This document shows positions 23,996 through 37,595 of a stretch of 64,000 bases of DNA, piece after piece. The translations under genes were made by a program, and so were the position numbers. This DNA is from Octopus bimaculoides (taxonomy: Eukaryota). The stretch lies in assembly GCF_001194135.2 (NCBI RefSeq), contig NC_068992.1, positions 4,789,493 through 4,853,492 of the forward strand, in the 5' to 3' direction. The notes under the pieces were generated by a model. It did not search any database. It had not been told where the DNA came from and saw nothing but the letters and a program-made list of their open reading frames with translations. Every line of letters starts with the position of its first letter. The stretch's first letter is position 1.

Positions 23996-24746
23996 NNNNN
24001 NNNNNNNNNNNNNNNNNNNNNNNNNNNNNNNNNNNNNNNNNNNNNNNNNNNNNNNNNNNNNNNNNNNNNNNNNNATATATATTGTTTAATAGAGGAGAAA
24101 AGTTTTTGATTTGATTCCCATTAATGCCTTTCTGAATCTATGTTTCTACTTCGTAAAATTTGAAATTTGAATATCCGTCATCCAACTTCAAGATGACTGC
24201 AAGCCAAATGAAGCATACACACATAATTTTATATACACTCACGAATATTCGCAGCCCACTAACTCACATAAATGCATAGGCATATAGGGTTGTATATGCG
24301 CGCGCGCGTGTGTGCCTGTGTGTAAGTCGTGTAATATTTCAAATGTCAGGAAAAACATGCCCTCGTATACGTGTCAATAGAGTGGGTGTATTATCGTAAG
24401 TGTATAGTATTATACATCCATTACGGCTGGTCTAGCCAATCGGTTTTACGCTAAGGACTCACCGAAGTGTTAGATAACAATCCAATTATGTAACCTTCCA
24501 CTCATCAGAAGTAAGCGATATAGAATGAAATATGGCGAATGCTCTTTATTGTTGAAGGTGAACAGACATATCTCATTTGCGGTCGCTATGAAAATACTGG
24601 TAAAACGAAACAAGTAGGGGATTGAGTCAAGAGTTATGTCCCTTGGTACCAAAACATCGTTACTGGAGTGGTTATGTTGCAAGTTGGTAAGAGTTTTCTG
24701 GAAGTGCTTGTGGGAAATGTGTGTCTTTAAGGTCGGCGGGGAGGGG

Positions 24747-24885
24747 TATGCTGTACTCGGTAGCACTTTCTTTCAATGACCAAATATGCTTCCCCAGGGT
24801 TGTGGCGTTACGACTCTTCGGGGTGTCGAAGGAGGATGTATAATTGTTATAGCAGGTAGCGGGTTATGAAGGGCTCTTCAATTGC
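24747..24885 (-). mobile_element. Penelope-like element GIY-YIG endonuclease remnant
   Basis: Minus-strand translation IEEPFITRY / YNNYTSSFDTPKSRNATTLGKHIWSLKESATEYSI matches the Penelope endonuclease pattern TExxFKxRYxNHxxSF...RxxTxLSKxIWxLK...YxI as I recall it. Element-derived sequence may extend to about 24600. Confidence 0.7.
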
Positions 24886-24916
24886 TCTGTTCTATCGGCT
24901 ATGTTTTATCTCATAC

Positions 24917-25014
24917 CATTTACTTGTTTCATGCTGGATCACCACCATGCAGATTATTTGTTTCAAAAGAATTGTCTCCAGTACATTATTTTAAGCCTTG
25001 TACTTATTCTACCG

Positions 25015-25060
<46 letters not shown>

Positions 25061-25113
25061 NNNNNNNNNNNNNNNNNNNNNNNNNNNNNNNNNNNTCTCT
25101 CTCTCTCTCTCTC

Positions 25114-25144
<31 letters not shown>

Positions 25145-25446
25145 TTCTCTCGCTCTCTCTCTCTCTCTGCGTCTCTCTCTCTCTCTTTCCGAAACGTTAA
25201 ATTACAGGGATGTAAACAAACCAACACCGGTTGTCAAGCTATAGTGGCGAACAATCAGAGAAACGAAGACACAAACATAGGCACGCAAGCACAAGTACAC
25301 ATACACAGACACGCACACACATACAACAGGTTCTTTATATGCCATATCGTATACCATATCCACTCAGAAGGCTGCGGATGCCCTGCAGCTTTATTAGAAG
25401 GCATTTGTCCAAGGTGCCATGAACTGGGATTGAACCCGGAAACATG
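24917..25446 (-). mobile_element. SINE family A, near full length, with (CT)n expansion and an assembly gap inside the tail
   Basis: Tail TTTACTTGTTTCATGCTGG...GTACTTATTCTACCG, then (CT)n, CCGAAACGTTAAATTACAGGGATGTAAAC...GGTTGTCAAGC, CA-rich linker, and head end GTCCAAGGTGCCATGAACTGGGATTGAACCCGGAAACATG. Reverse-collinear with 11184-11622. Confidence 0.8.
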
Positions 25447-25530
25447 AATGATAAACTGAACGATCAGTAAATACAAGTTTATACGTATATAAGTTTATAT
25501 ATATATATGTGTGTGTGTTTGTGTGTGTGC

Positions 25531-25610
<80 letters not shown>

Positions 25611-26494
25611 TGATAGTTTTGTACTCAATAGAATTCAAAATGTATATCCATATGCCGTTTTCCATTGAATTCACATTTGCGCAAAGAGTATTGCGCTTTC
25701 TACAGATTTTAATTATCGTCAACATCGACACCAATTATTAGATCTTCCATAAAGAAACGTAAACTAGAATTTAAACTGTATGTCACATTTACAGATCCAT
25801 TCTTTGCAATGCATTGCTAATTAAGCGTCCCAGTTCCGATTGTAGAAATATATACAATAAATTAGAACTTTTAAACTAAGTTTTCTTTCAACATGCATCA
25901 ACAATATCATATACTGCAACAATAACAACAAAATGATCAACAGTCACAATAACAAACAGCATTTCATTGTGGTTTATTATTGTGAGGATATAATAATAAT
26001 TACTTTTCCGATAATTCCAAGTAACCTTTGCGTGGAAATTGGTGCTTTGTTAAATGCATATGTATAATGATGGCAATGCAGTTTATCGATCTGCTCTTTG
26101 TTATGTATATTTCTCTAGCTGTTGTTATATTATAATTTTCTCTTTATCACTTCTTACGAAATTTCATTTCTTGATGGATTTCCGGTACTAGAAGATGTAA
26201 TCTAATATCTAAAATGATTCCAAGAAAAATAAGTTGGCAGTGTTGGTAGAGGCACACAAGGATAATGCTTTGATGTCGATGTTTTTACCGTGTATTTCAG
26301 ATGTTTTAGTCTTTGTTCTATCTGAAAATAGTAATTACATTGTCGTCCTTCAAAACTGAATGATCAGTAAATATTATCTTACACATGAAATGCTTTCAAA
26401 ACCGATATTCCGGATCTAAGGAATAAGCAAATTCGGTTAAACAAAGAGAAACCTTTATAAAATATTTCTCAACAACAGTGAATCAGAAACTTAC

Positions 26495-26600
26495 TTGTAG
26501 AACTGTGTAATTCTGTTTGCATCCATTTCGTCACACGTTCGAAGATCATGGCAAGAACATAGAATAAAGAGATGTAGAAGAATAACAAACGTTGTGGTTT
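26495..26600 (-). CDS. 106-nt exon with signal-peptide h-region (TTTFVILLHLFILCSCHDLRTCDEMDANRITQFY)
   Basis: Acceptor TCGTCCTATGTTTCCTTAG, donor AA|GTAAGT, phase 1-2 joining 34408-34432 to 21138-21268 without a stop. Confidence 0.6.
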
Positions 26601-27658
26601 CTAAGGAAACATAGGACGAAGCTACGAAGTACGTTTAGAATAAAATGTTTCAACAAGTATCTTCTAGGAAGTCTTCTTTTATCTTCCTTTGAAATGGAAA
26701 TATACAAATATACTTGTACATGTCTTATATCCTGATTATTTGAATAACACCGTCTGTAGTTCAGCAGGAGTAAAAGTTCACTAGATAAGCACTAAGTTCT
26801 GACTTCTAATAAGTGATTTATCGTTCGTTATTGATTGATAAAATACAGTAATAGGAGTCTAGAAACTATATTAAAATTAATGACATTGGGTGCAATCGGT
26901 ATATGTTATGCGCTGTGTGATAAAAGTCAGTTGGTTTAGCAACATATGCGTTTGTGTGTGGGTGAAGAGAAGTGGCGAGCAGTCGTTTTCTTTGCGAACA
27001 TTTCAATTGCCTAAGGTAAATATTAATAGCGAGGTCAGTGAAAGCCGTCTCCTTAGCAAACTACTAAACCAAATATATTTCTGTCAACATATGTTGCATT
27101 GAATTTAAACTATAGTGAAAGTTTCCAAGTTGAGTGTTGTGTTCAGAGTACACAAATGGTCAACTGAATTTATATGCAATATTTAATACACACGCACGCG
27201 CACACACACACATACACACACAAACACACACACACACATACATACACGCACACAGAGCACGCGCGCATATATATATATATATANNNNNNNNNNNNNNNNN
27301 NNNNNNNNNNNNNNNNNNNNNNNNNNNNNNNNNNNNNNNNNNNNNNNNNNNNNNNNNNNNNNNNNNNNNNNNNNNNNNNNNNNNNNNNNNNNNNNNNNNN
27401 NNNNNNNNNNNNNNNNNNNNNNNNNNNNNNNNNNNNNNNNNNNNNNNNNNNNNNNNNNNNNNNNNNNNNNNNNNNNNNNNNNNNNNNNNNNNNNNNNNNN
27501 NNNNNNNNNNNNNNNNNNNNNNNNNNNNNNNNNNNNNNNNNNNNNNNNNNNNNNNNNNNNNNNNNNNNNNNNNNNNNNNNNNNNNNNNNNNNNNNNNNNN
27601 NNNNNNNNNNNNNNNNNNNNNNNNNNNNNNNNNNNNNNNNNNNNNNNNNNNNNNNNNN

Positions 27659-27715
<57 letters not shown>

Positions 27716-30700
27716 CGTGCGTACGCGTGTATGTATGTATTCGCATTTAGAAGACAGTTACTGAGTATTATGAATTGACTGTTGCAGTATATTGCAGCAA
27801 CAAAACGCAGAGACACAATTATAGAAACACTTGTTAATATCAGGGGAACTCTCATATAATTGGTACGTTTTGTCTTCTAAGGATGAATTTCAGTGAACTG
27901 CAATAATTTAATCCGCAGTATTTTACAAATAATCACAGCATATACAAACAAGTTACTAAATTCTGCGTTTCAAATCAAATTAGAATAATTATATGATCAA
28001 AAGAAGTAACTATGTAGCATTCAAAAAAGTAAACAAATTTTTAAAATGCTACAGAAAGCTATTCTTCTATTTTATTTAACCTTTCGCAAGATATGTAATT
28101 TATACAAGGGAAGCAGATGTGGGGATGTTGTTTAGCTCTAAGTCGACCTTAACTCAGCATAATTATTATCAAGAGGATATATGATCCCTTTAATTCCTTT
28201 CTTTCTGAGGCACTTTAATTGTATATTATTTAATATATGTACCTAACTAGCGGGTGATTTGAAAGAGATTTGGGTCCGATTTTAATTAGATACACACAGC
28301 ATGTAGTGGCTTGGCTTCGTCGGCAGCCGACCCATTCGATCGATAGCTTGTTGAATAGAATATTAGTTATATGCAATATTGTGTAAACTTTCAGTCATAA
28401 ATATTCTATTGAATAAATAGTTATTTATCTAATACTGACATATGCATGCCAGCAACTTAATTAACTTGAAGCAAAATAAACTTTAATTGAATGTTTGATT
28501 ACGTGTAATTTAATCATGCAAAGAACATGGTACATATTTATAACATGTCTCTCGACTGATAATTAAGAGTTCGATTAGTATTTTACGACATCGATATTTA
28601 ATTCATTAGAGAGGAATTCCAGTAATTAAATGAAATTATCATAATAATAGGAATTTATATTTTGAGATATTTCAAACAATTTTAATAATATATGTTTATT
28701 TATTTGAAATTTTGTTTTACATGAACTTACTGAATGTTTGGAAGATGGATTGAATGGATTCAACAGTATTTCATCCAAGTCGTTCATAAATCTTTTGTTA
28801 GACGTTGGCGTAAATATCAATCAGAGATGAGGTAAAAAAAATTGTATCAAATGCTGAGATATTTTCTAGGTACTACATATTCTATCGAAATTCAAGCTTC
28901 AAAGAGTCAGCCCATGAAATACCTGATCAAAAAATTGGTGCTCGTGTCGCTTTGGTAACAAGTGCTACTCATGAGATATAGGTAATAAAGGATATTTTGT
29001 TGTCGCAGAGCAATATAAACAATTAGAAAAATTGTTTGTTTTTGTCGTTACTTTTTAAACTATGATTAAATATATCTATGAATAAAACAACTTCCCAGCC
29101 ACAAACATTGCTATCTTCATGTGTATGTACATTGTTCAATACATCAGAGTATTTCGAGGAAACTAATGCGAAGTTGAGACTATCCGGATTATTCCACATT
29201 AACATCACCTAAAAAATTTTTTTATGCATGTGAATCCCAAAATTTACGCTTACACTTACAACCCACGCATTTTGATATTCAAGTACGTATTGAGTAGTTG
29301 ATTTAGATGAACTTCAAATAGACGGAAATAATATTTGCAGTTCCATACTTTAATCTGTAAAGCACAAAGCGCGGTAGCCATGATAAAATTACCTTAATGT
29401 CAGACAGTGCAAAGTGCACCAACATATTATTCAATCTATCATTCTTCTTCAGAGGTGACATTCAATCATATAACAAAGGGATTTTAAATAAAAGGGGTTA
29501 TTCGCTATTTTACTATTATTAATTTTTATTTATTTATTCGCTTTTTTTTTCTGAGGTGCATCTCATTGTAGAAACTTAAATATTGACATGGCATGCATAT
29601 ATTTTCGTCTTTGCAATAAAACTTATAATGTAAAGATTAATCAATATCTCCTCAACTTAATAGTCTGAAGAGTTCAGCTGGTGCGATAACATACAATTCT
29701 ATATGATACCACGATATTATTTCTGCTTTATCTTAACAATATACCCTTGATGATTGTAAAACAACATGAACGGATGGTTGTACTGTAGGTATTTGTTAAT
29801 ATATTAATTCCAGAAATAGAATGTACTTCCACATATATAATAAGAAAGGAACGAATACAAAAAAAAAAAACATTTCTGAGCGACATAAGATATGTATAAT
29901 TCTCTGTAAAGGAGAATTAGCTGTAGAGAAAATTGAATTGTATCAATCACATGACAAAAATTTGGAGTGAAATATCAGACAAAGTGTCTGCTGCCGATAT
30001 TTAATCATATAATCGTATGTATAAACAGTCATATGTATAAACACACACACACACACACACACAAACAAAAACTGACGCACGCACGCTCACACACACTCAT
30101 GCAATATACATGCACACACTGAGTGCGAAAACTAAGACAAAACAGGAGTGAGAAGTTTTAACAAATGTTGAAATATTTTAAAGCTTAAGGGTCAGTCCTT
30201 AATCAGCAACTATGAAAAGAATTCACAAAACTATGAAAGAAAATACAAGATAGGTCTAATGTAATTCTATGGAAGTTAGAAAAGGCGAAGATGAGGAGAA
30301 CTGTACATCGATATGAGTGTATTTGAATGAAGATGGGTGCCTGGGTGCCGTGGGTTGTGCTTGGTCGTTTGAAGCGCACATGTTTTCTTCACTGTGTAGA
30401 TATGCGCAGTAATGCGTCTGTAGTAGTGTGAGATTGCGACGGAGAAGGGTCTGTTTGTTTCATGTTACTTTATGTGATAGAAAAGTCGGCGAATGTTAAA
30501 ACATTGTTGAAATTTCAAGAGGTTATGTAGTTGGTGTAATAACTAATACATTAATAAAATAAGAATAAACTAACGAAAAAGAGAAAGCTATCGAACTGGA
30601 CCAGAATGAAAGACAAAAGGGCAAACGGCAAGGAAAACACTGAAGACAAAAATTAATTGTTCATAAATCAGAAGAATTAAATGAATTAATTGAATAAATA

Positions 30701-30860
30701 AGAACAAACTAAGAAGTATAATCAGACGACAACACAAACGTCTCTCTCTCTCTCTATCTCTCTCTCTCTATCTATCTATCTATATATATATATCTATCTA
30801 TCTGTCTATCTATCTATCTGTCTAACTCTACAGCATATATATATATATATATATATATAT

Positions 30861-31005
30861 AGGTTAAAAAAAACAATAACAAAAAAACAACAAAGTGAGG
30901 ACGTGATACGGATAGTGTTATCGGATGCTCGGGAAAGGAAAGAGAGAGTGTATGACGTTTCGGGCGTAGCCCTTCGTCGGAAAGATGGAAAGTTCGGAGA
31001 ACACT
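30861..31005 (-). mobile_element. Short repeat with a minimal hammerhead-like motif (Penelope-type terminal repeat remnant)
   Basis: Reverse complement of 30953-30983 is TTT-CCGACGA-A-GGGC-TAC-GCCC-GAAAC-GTC-A: a CxGAnGA core, 4-bp stem II, GAAAC and a GUC triplet. Confidence 0.5.
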
Positions 31006-31588
31006 TATTCGGTAGCTTTTTTGCCTTTTAGCTCACTCCCTTAATACCTATACCTAGTTCTCAGCACTATTCTTTCACTTCTTTCACATACTTCTCTATA
31101 AATCTGCAGTCATATGATAAGGAAACAACCTTCGTATACATTTCACTATTGCCACAATGATGTAGGATACGTTTGCGAAGCGTCAGAGTTCGTTATAATT
31201 TTAAAGCATACAAATATTTGCTATATCAGTGTGTGCAGGCGAAACACGTAAATATTCTCAACTCATTCTATTGTTTTACTATATAAATATATACTCAAAG
31301 ACATATATTCACACAGAGATGTATGTGTGTGTGAGTGTGTGTGTGTTTGTGTGTGTATTTGTGGGTGCATTATATACGTGTATGAGTATATTTGCACGAA
31401 CTTATATAAAGTGTGTTTATATACATACCTGTACCTGAAATCATCAAAATGTACATCTATTTGTATAAAACTCTCCCTGCATGTCTATATCTCCATCTGC
31501 TTTAAATAAGTTTCTTAGAGTATATTTTATGTGTAGATGTTATGTAATTGTATAATATTTCTAAAGCAGGTATATGTGTGTATGTGTG

Positions 31589-31696
<108 letters not shown>

Positions 31697-32892
31697 CTTA
31701 ACGCTGTGTCTCGTAACGAAAATATTTTTGTACATATTTGTGCATATTCAAACTCTTATTTATAGCTTTCAATTATAATAACAATCATGAACCTAAAAAA
31801 ATTCCAAAACTATCTTCTTTAACTCTAGGCGATTCCTAGAAATGTTGTTACTGCATGATCTTGGAATATTTGTATTTCTTTGTATATATTTTAGGTAACA
31901 TTTCTCTCTATTTCTTTATTGGGATTTTGTTTTCGTTTTTCTTCATCTACCTTACTCAATAGAAATTTTTTCGGTCCACTATTTATCCGGTTTTTATATT
32001 TGTATATAAAACCTTTTTCCCATTACTTGATTCTAAATTTTGCCTTTCCTCATACAATATTTTGCGTATATTCGTATATTTTATTCGTTTATTTTTATCT
32101 TAGATATTCTTTTGTTCACATTTTTATTCAAAGTATTTTTAGTTCGCTTTTAGAATAGATTTTATTTTCTCTTTTTTCTCGTCTCCATATTCTTTCTTTG
32201 CTTCTCAATATGCACAACTATTACTGTTTGAATGAAAAAAGCGTTATCCATCGGAAATTATTCCAATTTTCTAACAATATATTGGCATGATTCCTTATCA
32301 AAATTGAAACACTTTTACTTTACGACGTTTCTATCATGTTTTAATGTTCTCTTTTGGATTGCTTCTTGATATATTTAGGGGTTGGCATTTAAATTATTAT
32401 ACTTCGTTGAAAATATCGAATTTTTTAATGAGTTATCTTACAGTTTAGACTATTTTTACTCTCATAAAATGGAGCTTTTATGTCCTTTATTATTTGGGGT
32501 TCATTCAAAACGAAATATGTATCTAAACGCATGAAACTCTACATTCTGAATATATCGTTACATGTATTCATCATCCAAATCCTGTAGCAAATTTAAAAAA
32601 CGTTAAAAATATGTTATATTTCGTTTAAACTAAAATAGTTTTGGATTGTAATCAAGGTTGTATTTAAGAAATTGTAAAGGCGACATGTTAAAATTAATCT
32701 GAACGAGACAGTCTGAGTCACCATTACATATGTCCAGTAATAAATATATAATATCATGGAGAAAATTTAAGACAAGAGATTTAGATAAATTTTAATACAC
32801 CTCTAATAGTTATCTGAGTATTTTTTTCTGCATCCATTCCTTAATATATTTAATCAAAACTATCATTTATACCAATATCTAAATCTGAATCC

Positions 32893-32961
<69 letters not shown>

Positions 32962-32962
32962 C
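32893..32962. repeat. (TATC)n microsatellite
   Basis: Directly visible. Confidence 0.97.
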
Positions 32963-34407
32963 CTATCTGGATGTCCACACACAGACACACCATCGCACAC
33001 ACATGTATGTGTATGTGTATTAGTGTGCATGTCAGTGAGTGTAATTTACATATATATGTGTGTGGGAGTGTGCGTGCGTGTTTGCGCAAGCTTTTTATAT
33101 AGGATGCATCCAAGATGATGTCATTAACGTATAGGGCAATTTGCATGTAAGTGACTACTAATAGTTTAAATATTTCATGCTTGCTCTCCAAATGTTTGCG
33201 AGTATAATGCAACCTAATATAGAGTAATGTATAAATGCATTCATACATATCTATATGTATATGCATATGTATATGTATATGCATATATATATGTATATGC
33301 ATATGCATATATGTATACTGAAATATGTTCATAATCCTAATAAACATTAAAACAATGTGTATACTGAGGCTGACAAAATCGACAACAACCACATCCCTGT
33401 ACCGACTTGGATTCAAATCTTATGGCCAGATAAATATTCAAAATACGGTATTGCTCTATTTGTTCTCAAGGCACAGTATCGCTAGCATTTCACTTTAATT
33501 TTAATATAAGGAGAGCAGCTAAGGACGTTGTGTTGAAGATTTTTGAATTAAATCTTATTTATTCATAAATTCAATATGTTGTTTTTTTATCTTTACATAG
33601 TTTTATATTTAGAGGACTCTAAAGAAAGTCATGTCCCTAATACAAAAATCGTGACATTCCTGTAATTGATCGACATTTAAAGATTAGATTATGACACCCA
33701 ATTTTGATTTTACTGCGAATATGTGACTGCTTAAATGGTGCTGAATAAAATTAATCACAAAATTCAATAGAAGAATGTAGTGTTATAGCTAAAAGCACTG
33801 TTGAATGGTGTGTACGAATAATGGGTTATTTTTTGAATAAACATGTTTTCCTTCTCTGCATAGTATTAAAATGCATTCGTTCACTCTATTTATATAACAT
33901 TCATATACATTTTCACGATTTAATTTACTGAATACTGGTTTGAACAATATAATTGTTACCATTTTAGAACATTCATACCTCACTATACTGAACTACTTTG
34001 CAAGAGGCATTAGGGAGATTCGTGTATATTGGGGATTTGTTCAATTGAGCAAATATTGAGGCTCATTAATTAAAAGTGGAAATTACTGAAATAAAACAAA
34101 TAAACATTTAGCCAATTCTACAAAATTGCAATTCAAATAACCCAATAATGCAAATTAAAAAACAAACAGGCAAACCATTTCCAATTTTATTTCCCTCGAA
34201 CATTTATTTTCTTCCTCTGTCTTTTCTCGTAAGCACACCTCTCAGAGCTTTTTGTATATTTTTGTGAAACTTTCGAAAACCTAAATTCTATATAGTTTCA
34301 GTAAGAATCACAATGCTATTTTACATTCGTGCTTTACATCCTATTTGGGGAATGCTATATATGTATACATCACCGAGATGTATCCAGTCTTAGGATAGCT
34401 ACCTTAC

Positions 34408-34432
34408 GCCAAATCTGCGCTGTCACCTTCAT
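34408..34432 (-). CDS. Putative first coding segment (MKVTAQIW) of a secreted-protein gene; whole exon 34408-34443
   Basis: Acceptor ATGATTTCGTTCAG, donor GGC|GTAAGG, ATG at 34432. Joined in phase 1 to 26495-26600 it gives MKVTAQIWQTTTFVILLHLFILCSC-HD, a typical n/h/c signal-peptide layout. Confidence 0.5.
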
Positions 34433-35069
34433 CGAATATATCACTGAACGAAATCATGTAAAGTACATTTCCCCGAAATGCACAAAACTACGATCGATAA
34501 CAGTGTCAGGAAACCACGATTCTGTTCCATTCTTGAGATCTGAATATCTGTTTACTGGACATTCCCTAGCCATTACTATTATTTAGTCTCAACAAATCTG
34601 AGACTCTTACGTCCACATAATACAAACATAGCCAAAGGAGAAGCCACAAATCCAGTTTCCGTTTCATAAGCAGATAATTAATCCGGAATTCGCTCAACAA
34701 GATCTAGAACACAGTTATTTGCACAAGAAAAAATATACTTACACGATACAAGTTTCAAATCACTTTGGTTTTCATGTGAAAGCTGTTCATCCTTTGATGT
34801 CAGAAAGGCGGTATAAATGATGGAGCAGCATAGAACTGTTTTCTTTGTGTATCAATTCTTATAAATCCATTCTAAGTTTGATTTTTTAAAACTTAGTCTG
34901 GTCGTTATGCATTTATTCACTTAATGGTGTGTTGCATATATAAGCCTGTTTCACAGTTAAGTTTTAAGTGAGGAAATTTCAGTTTCCTTGAAATTGTTCA
35001 ACTGTATATATATTATATCCCACAAACACAAGACACAGACACAAGACACAGACACACACGCAAGCACGA

Positions 35070-35113
<44 letters not shown>

Positions 35114-35399
35114 NNNNNNNNNNACACAGACACACAGACACACAGACACATACACACGCACACAGACACACACACAGACACACACACACACACACACATA
35201 TATACACATACATATACATATGTTTATGCATGAATTTCCCTACGTGTGAACATATGTGTACATACGTGTATACATATGTGTGTTTGTGTATGTATGCATC
35301 TTGAAATATCGGGCGCATTCGCCGCCAACGGAATACTTTGTTATTAATTCTATTAAATCCTTACAATTCAAAATAAACATGTTGTTTGCTCTAACTTAC

Positions 35400-35426
35400 C
35401 TTCTCCAGTTGAGAGAAAAGTGACAC
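35400..35426 (-). other. Candidate 27-nt upstream exon (5' UTR or N-terminal extension)
   Basis: TTTTAATCGCAG|GTGTCACTTTTCTCTCAACTGGAGAAG|GTAAGT; strong sites on both sides. Confidence 0.35.
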
Positions 35427-36742
35427 CTGCGATTAAAATATTTCTTTTAAAATATCAGTATGTTTGCAGCTATAAAGACCTCCGTCATTACACGATTTTC
35501 AACTGATTGTAACAAAATTTTTCTGCACCTTTTTCGTACTTTTATGTGATATCTTTTTGTTTTTCATATAGAAAAAGAGTGATGTTGCTTATGGCGATGT
35601 TTTTGTAGTTTCTCACTATCTACAAGAAATTGCATTTAAATTGTCATTATATCGCAATTTACCATCTGTGTAGGTTAACAGAACAAGTGCAACATAGAGT
35701 TCTGTATACACTTACCCTAAAAATCAAGATGATTATACTACGATGGAACGTCTTCTGATATGTCTATTAATTTACGACTAATTTTCGGAAAACAACAATA
35801 ATATCATCAATACCAACAAGAGTACGTTAAACGCATTTGGCTTTCGGAAACTCTGGCAACGTTTCTCCCTACTGAGGCTCGATCTTTCGGCATATGACGG
35901 AGATTACTTCTGAAGTTGAAGACGTTTTCTTCTGAGAGAATATACTTATCTCTAGTATACGTTAGATTTTAGTTTTGATTAATACACACATTCTCTTCAA
36001 TGATATCCTCGCTTGGCAAATGTTATGGAAATTACATCTCATCTTTTACGAAATATATAAGTTTGCTATTTTCATTTTATTAATTTTAAAATATGAATAT
36101 AGTGACCTAGAACTACATGTCTTTAGAAATTAAATTCTATCGATAATTACATTTGTAAAAACGCATTAGTATTACAAAGAAAAGCCAAAATGTTATTTTG
36201 TTGATAGTCGACTTTGCTGCTACGCATAGAAACATTTCATTTGTTGTTATATTTTAATCAATTCTTTCGAATTCATATTTTTTCTTACTATTTAATGGAA
36301 ATTTATTCTGGCTGTTAAACAAGAAAATTGAAAGTAAAATATTGTTTTGATAAAATGCAACAACTAATCTAAAACTATAACAGTCGACGAATGTAGAAAA
36401 AAATATATATTCCATTAATATATTTGTTTGACACGTTAGGTCTGTAGGTGTTCAGTAAAGTGTTATACGTAGATATATATTTTGTTTTTAAAAGATATTT
36501 GTCATATTTATATTGCCAGAATACATATCACTAAAAACGATAAACAGAGAAATAAATATTGCTTATCGAAATTCATGTAAACAACCAAATAAATTTGATG
36601 TTTATCTATTATCATAATTTTTTCTGCGCTTTAATTACTCCTGTCATAATCATCATCAGCGAAACATCCCCATACACGTATCACATATATACTTACACCA
36701 TATAGAATATATCAATACACATATATGACCTCAGAAACTCAC

Positions 36743-36815
36743 CAAGCAGCTCGTCAACTGCTGTCCATCGAATTCGAATATGGCCATATTTTAGGATATT
36801 GAAACTTTTTGTTTT
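36743..36815 (-). other. Candidate 73-nt upstream exon (KTKSFNILKYGHIRIRWTAVDELL)
   Basis: ATAATTTTGATACAG acceptor and TTG|GTGAGT donor; phase 0-1 compatible with 35400-35426. Confidence 0.3.
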
Positions 36816-37512
36816 CTGTATCAAAATTATTCTCTGTTGATATCTGTACTTTTCATAAAGCAACAGTACTAGAGGCTGCAGCCGCACGGACAACTTAAGA
36901 ATCGAATTTGACAATAATCATGCTAAGAGGATGTGATGTCATGATTAACGAAACTTAAAATCTGGCAGCGTGTAAGACAGCACCCTTACTTGGCGGTCGT
37001 GGGACTGGCTACTGTAGAATAAGTTCACGCTTCCCATTTAAAAAGTATTGTCTGTGACGGATTCTAGATTCGTCTTACTCTCAGGCATTAATGCATAAAC
37101 CCTATTGATAAACATAACGTAACAGTCTTAATACATCGAGATGAAGTAAATAATCAAAGTTTGTATGAAATAAATTATGATATATATTAGACTCACTGTA
37201 GGTATACACACCTTGTTGCCAGTCAGCAATTTTGTATTTTCGTGTTTAGAATAATTTCTTTTTAGATATAAGTTTGTGATATAAGACCATAATTTACTTC
37301 CTGAACCAACTCACGCTGAAACAAATACATTTCCAATTTGTGGTCTCAGTTATATTACTGTCAATGCTATTTTAGTCTCATCACATCTTTGCAAATATGT
37401 CAGTTTAACTCCATGATAACGAATTTCTGATGACACTCACACTAACGCAACGCGTGCATGCGTGCGCCTCATCACACACACTCACGCACACACAGACACA
37501 CACACACACACA

Positions 37513-37595
<83 letters not shown>

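Noticed and set aside
24462-24585. Minus-strand exon with a strong G|GTGAGT donor
   Set aside because: All three frames from the available acceptor contain stops, and it adjoins Penelope-derived sequence.
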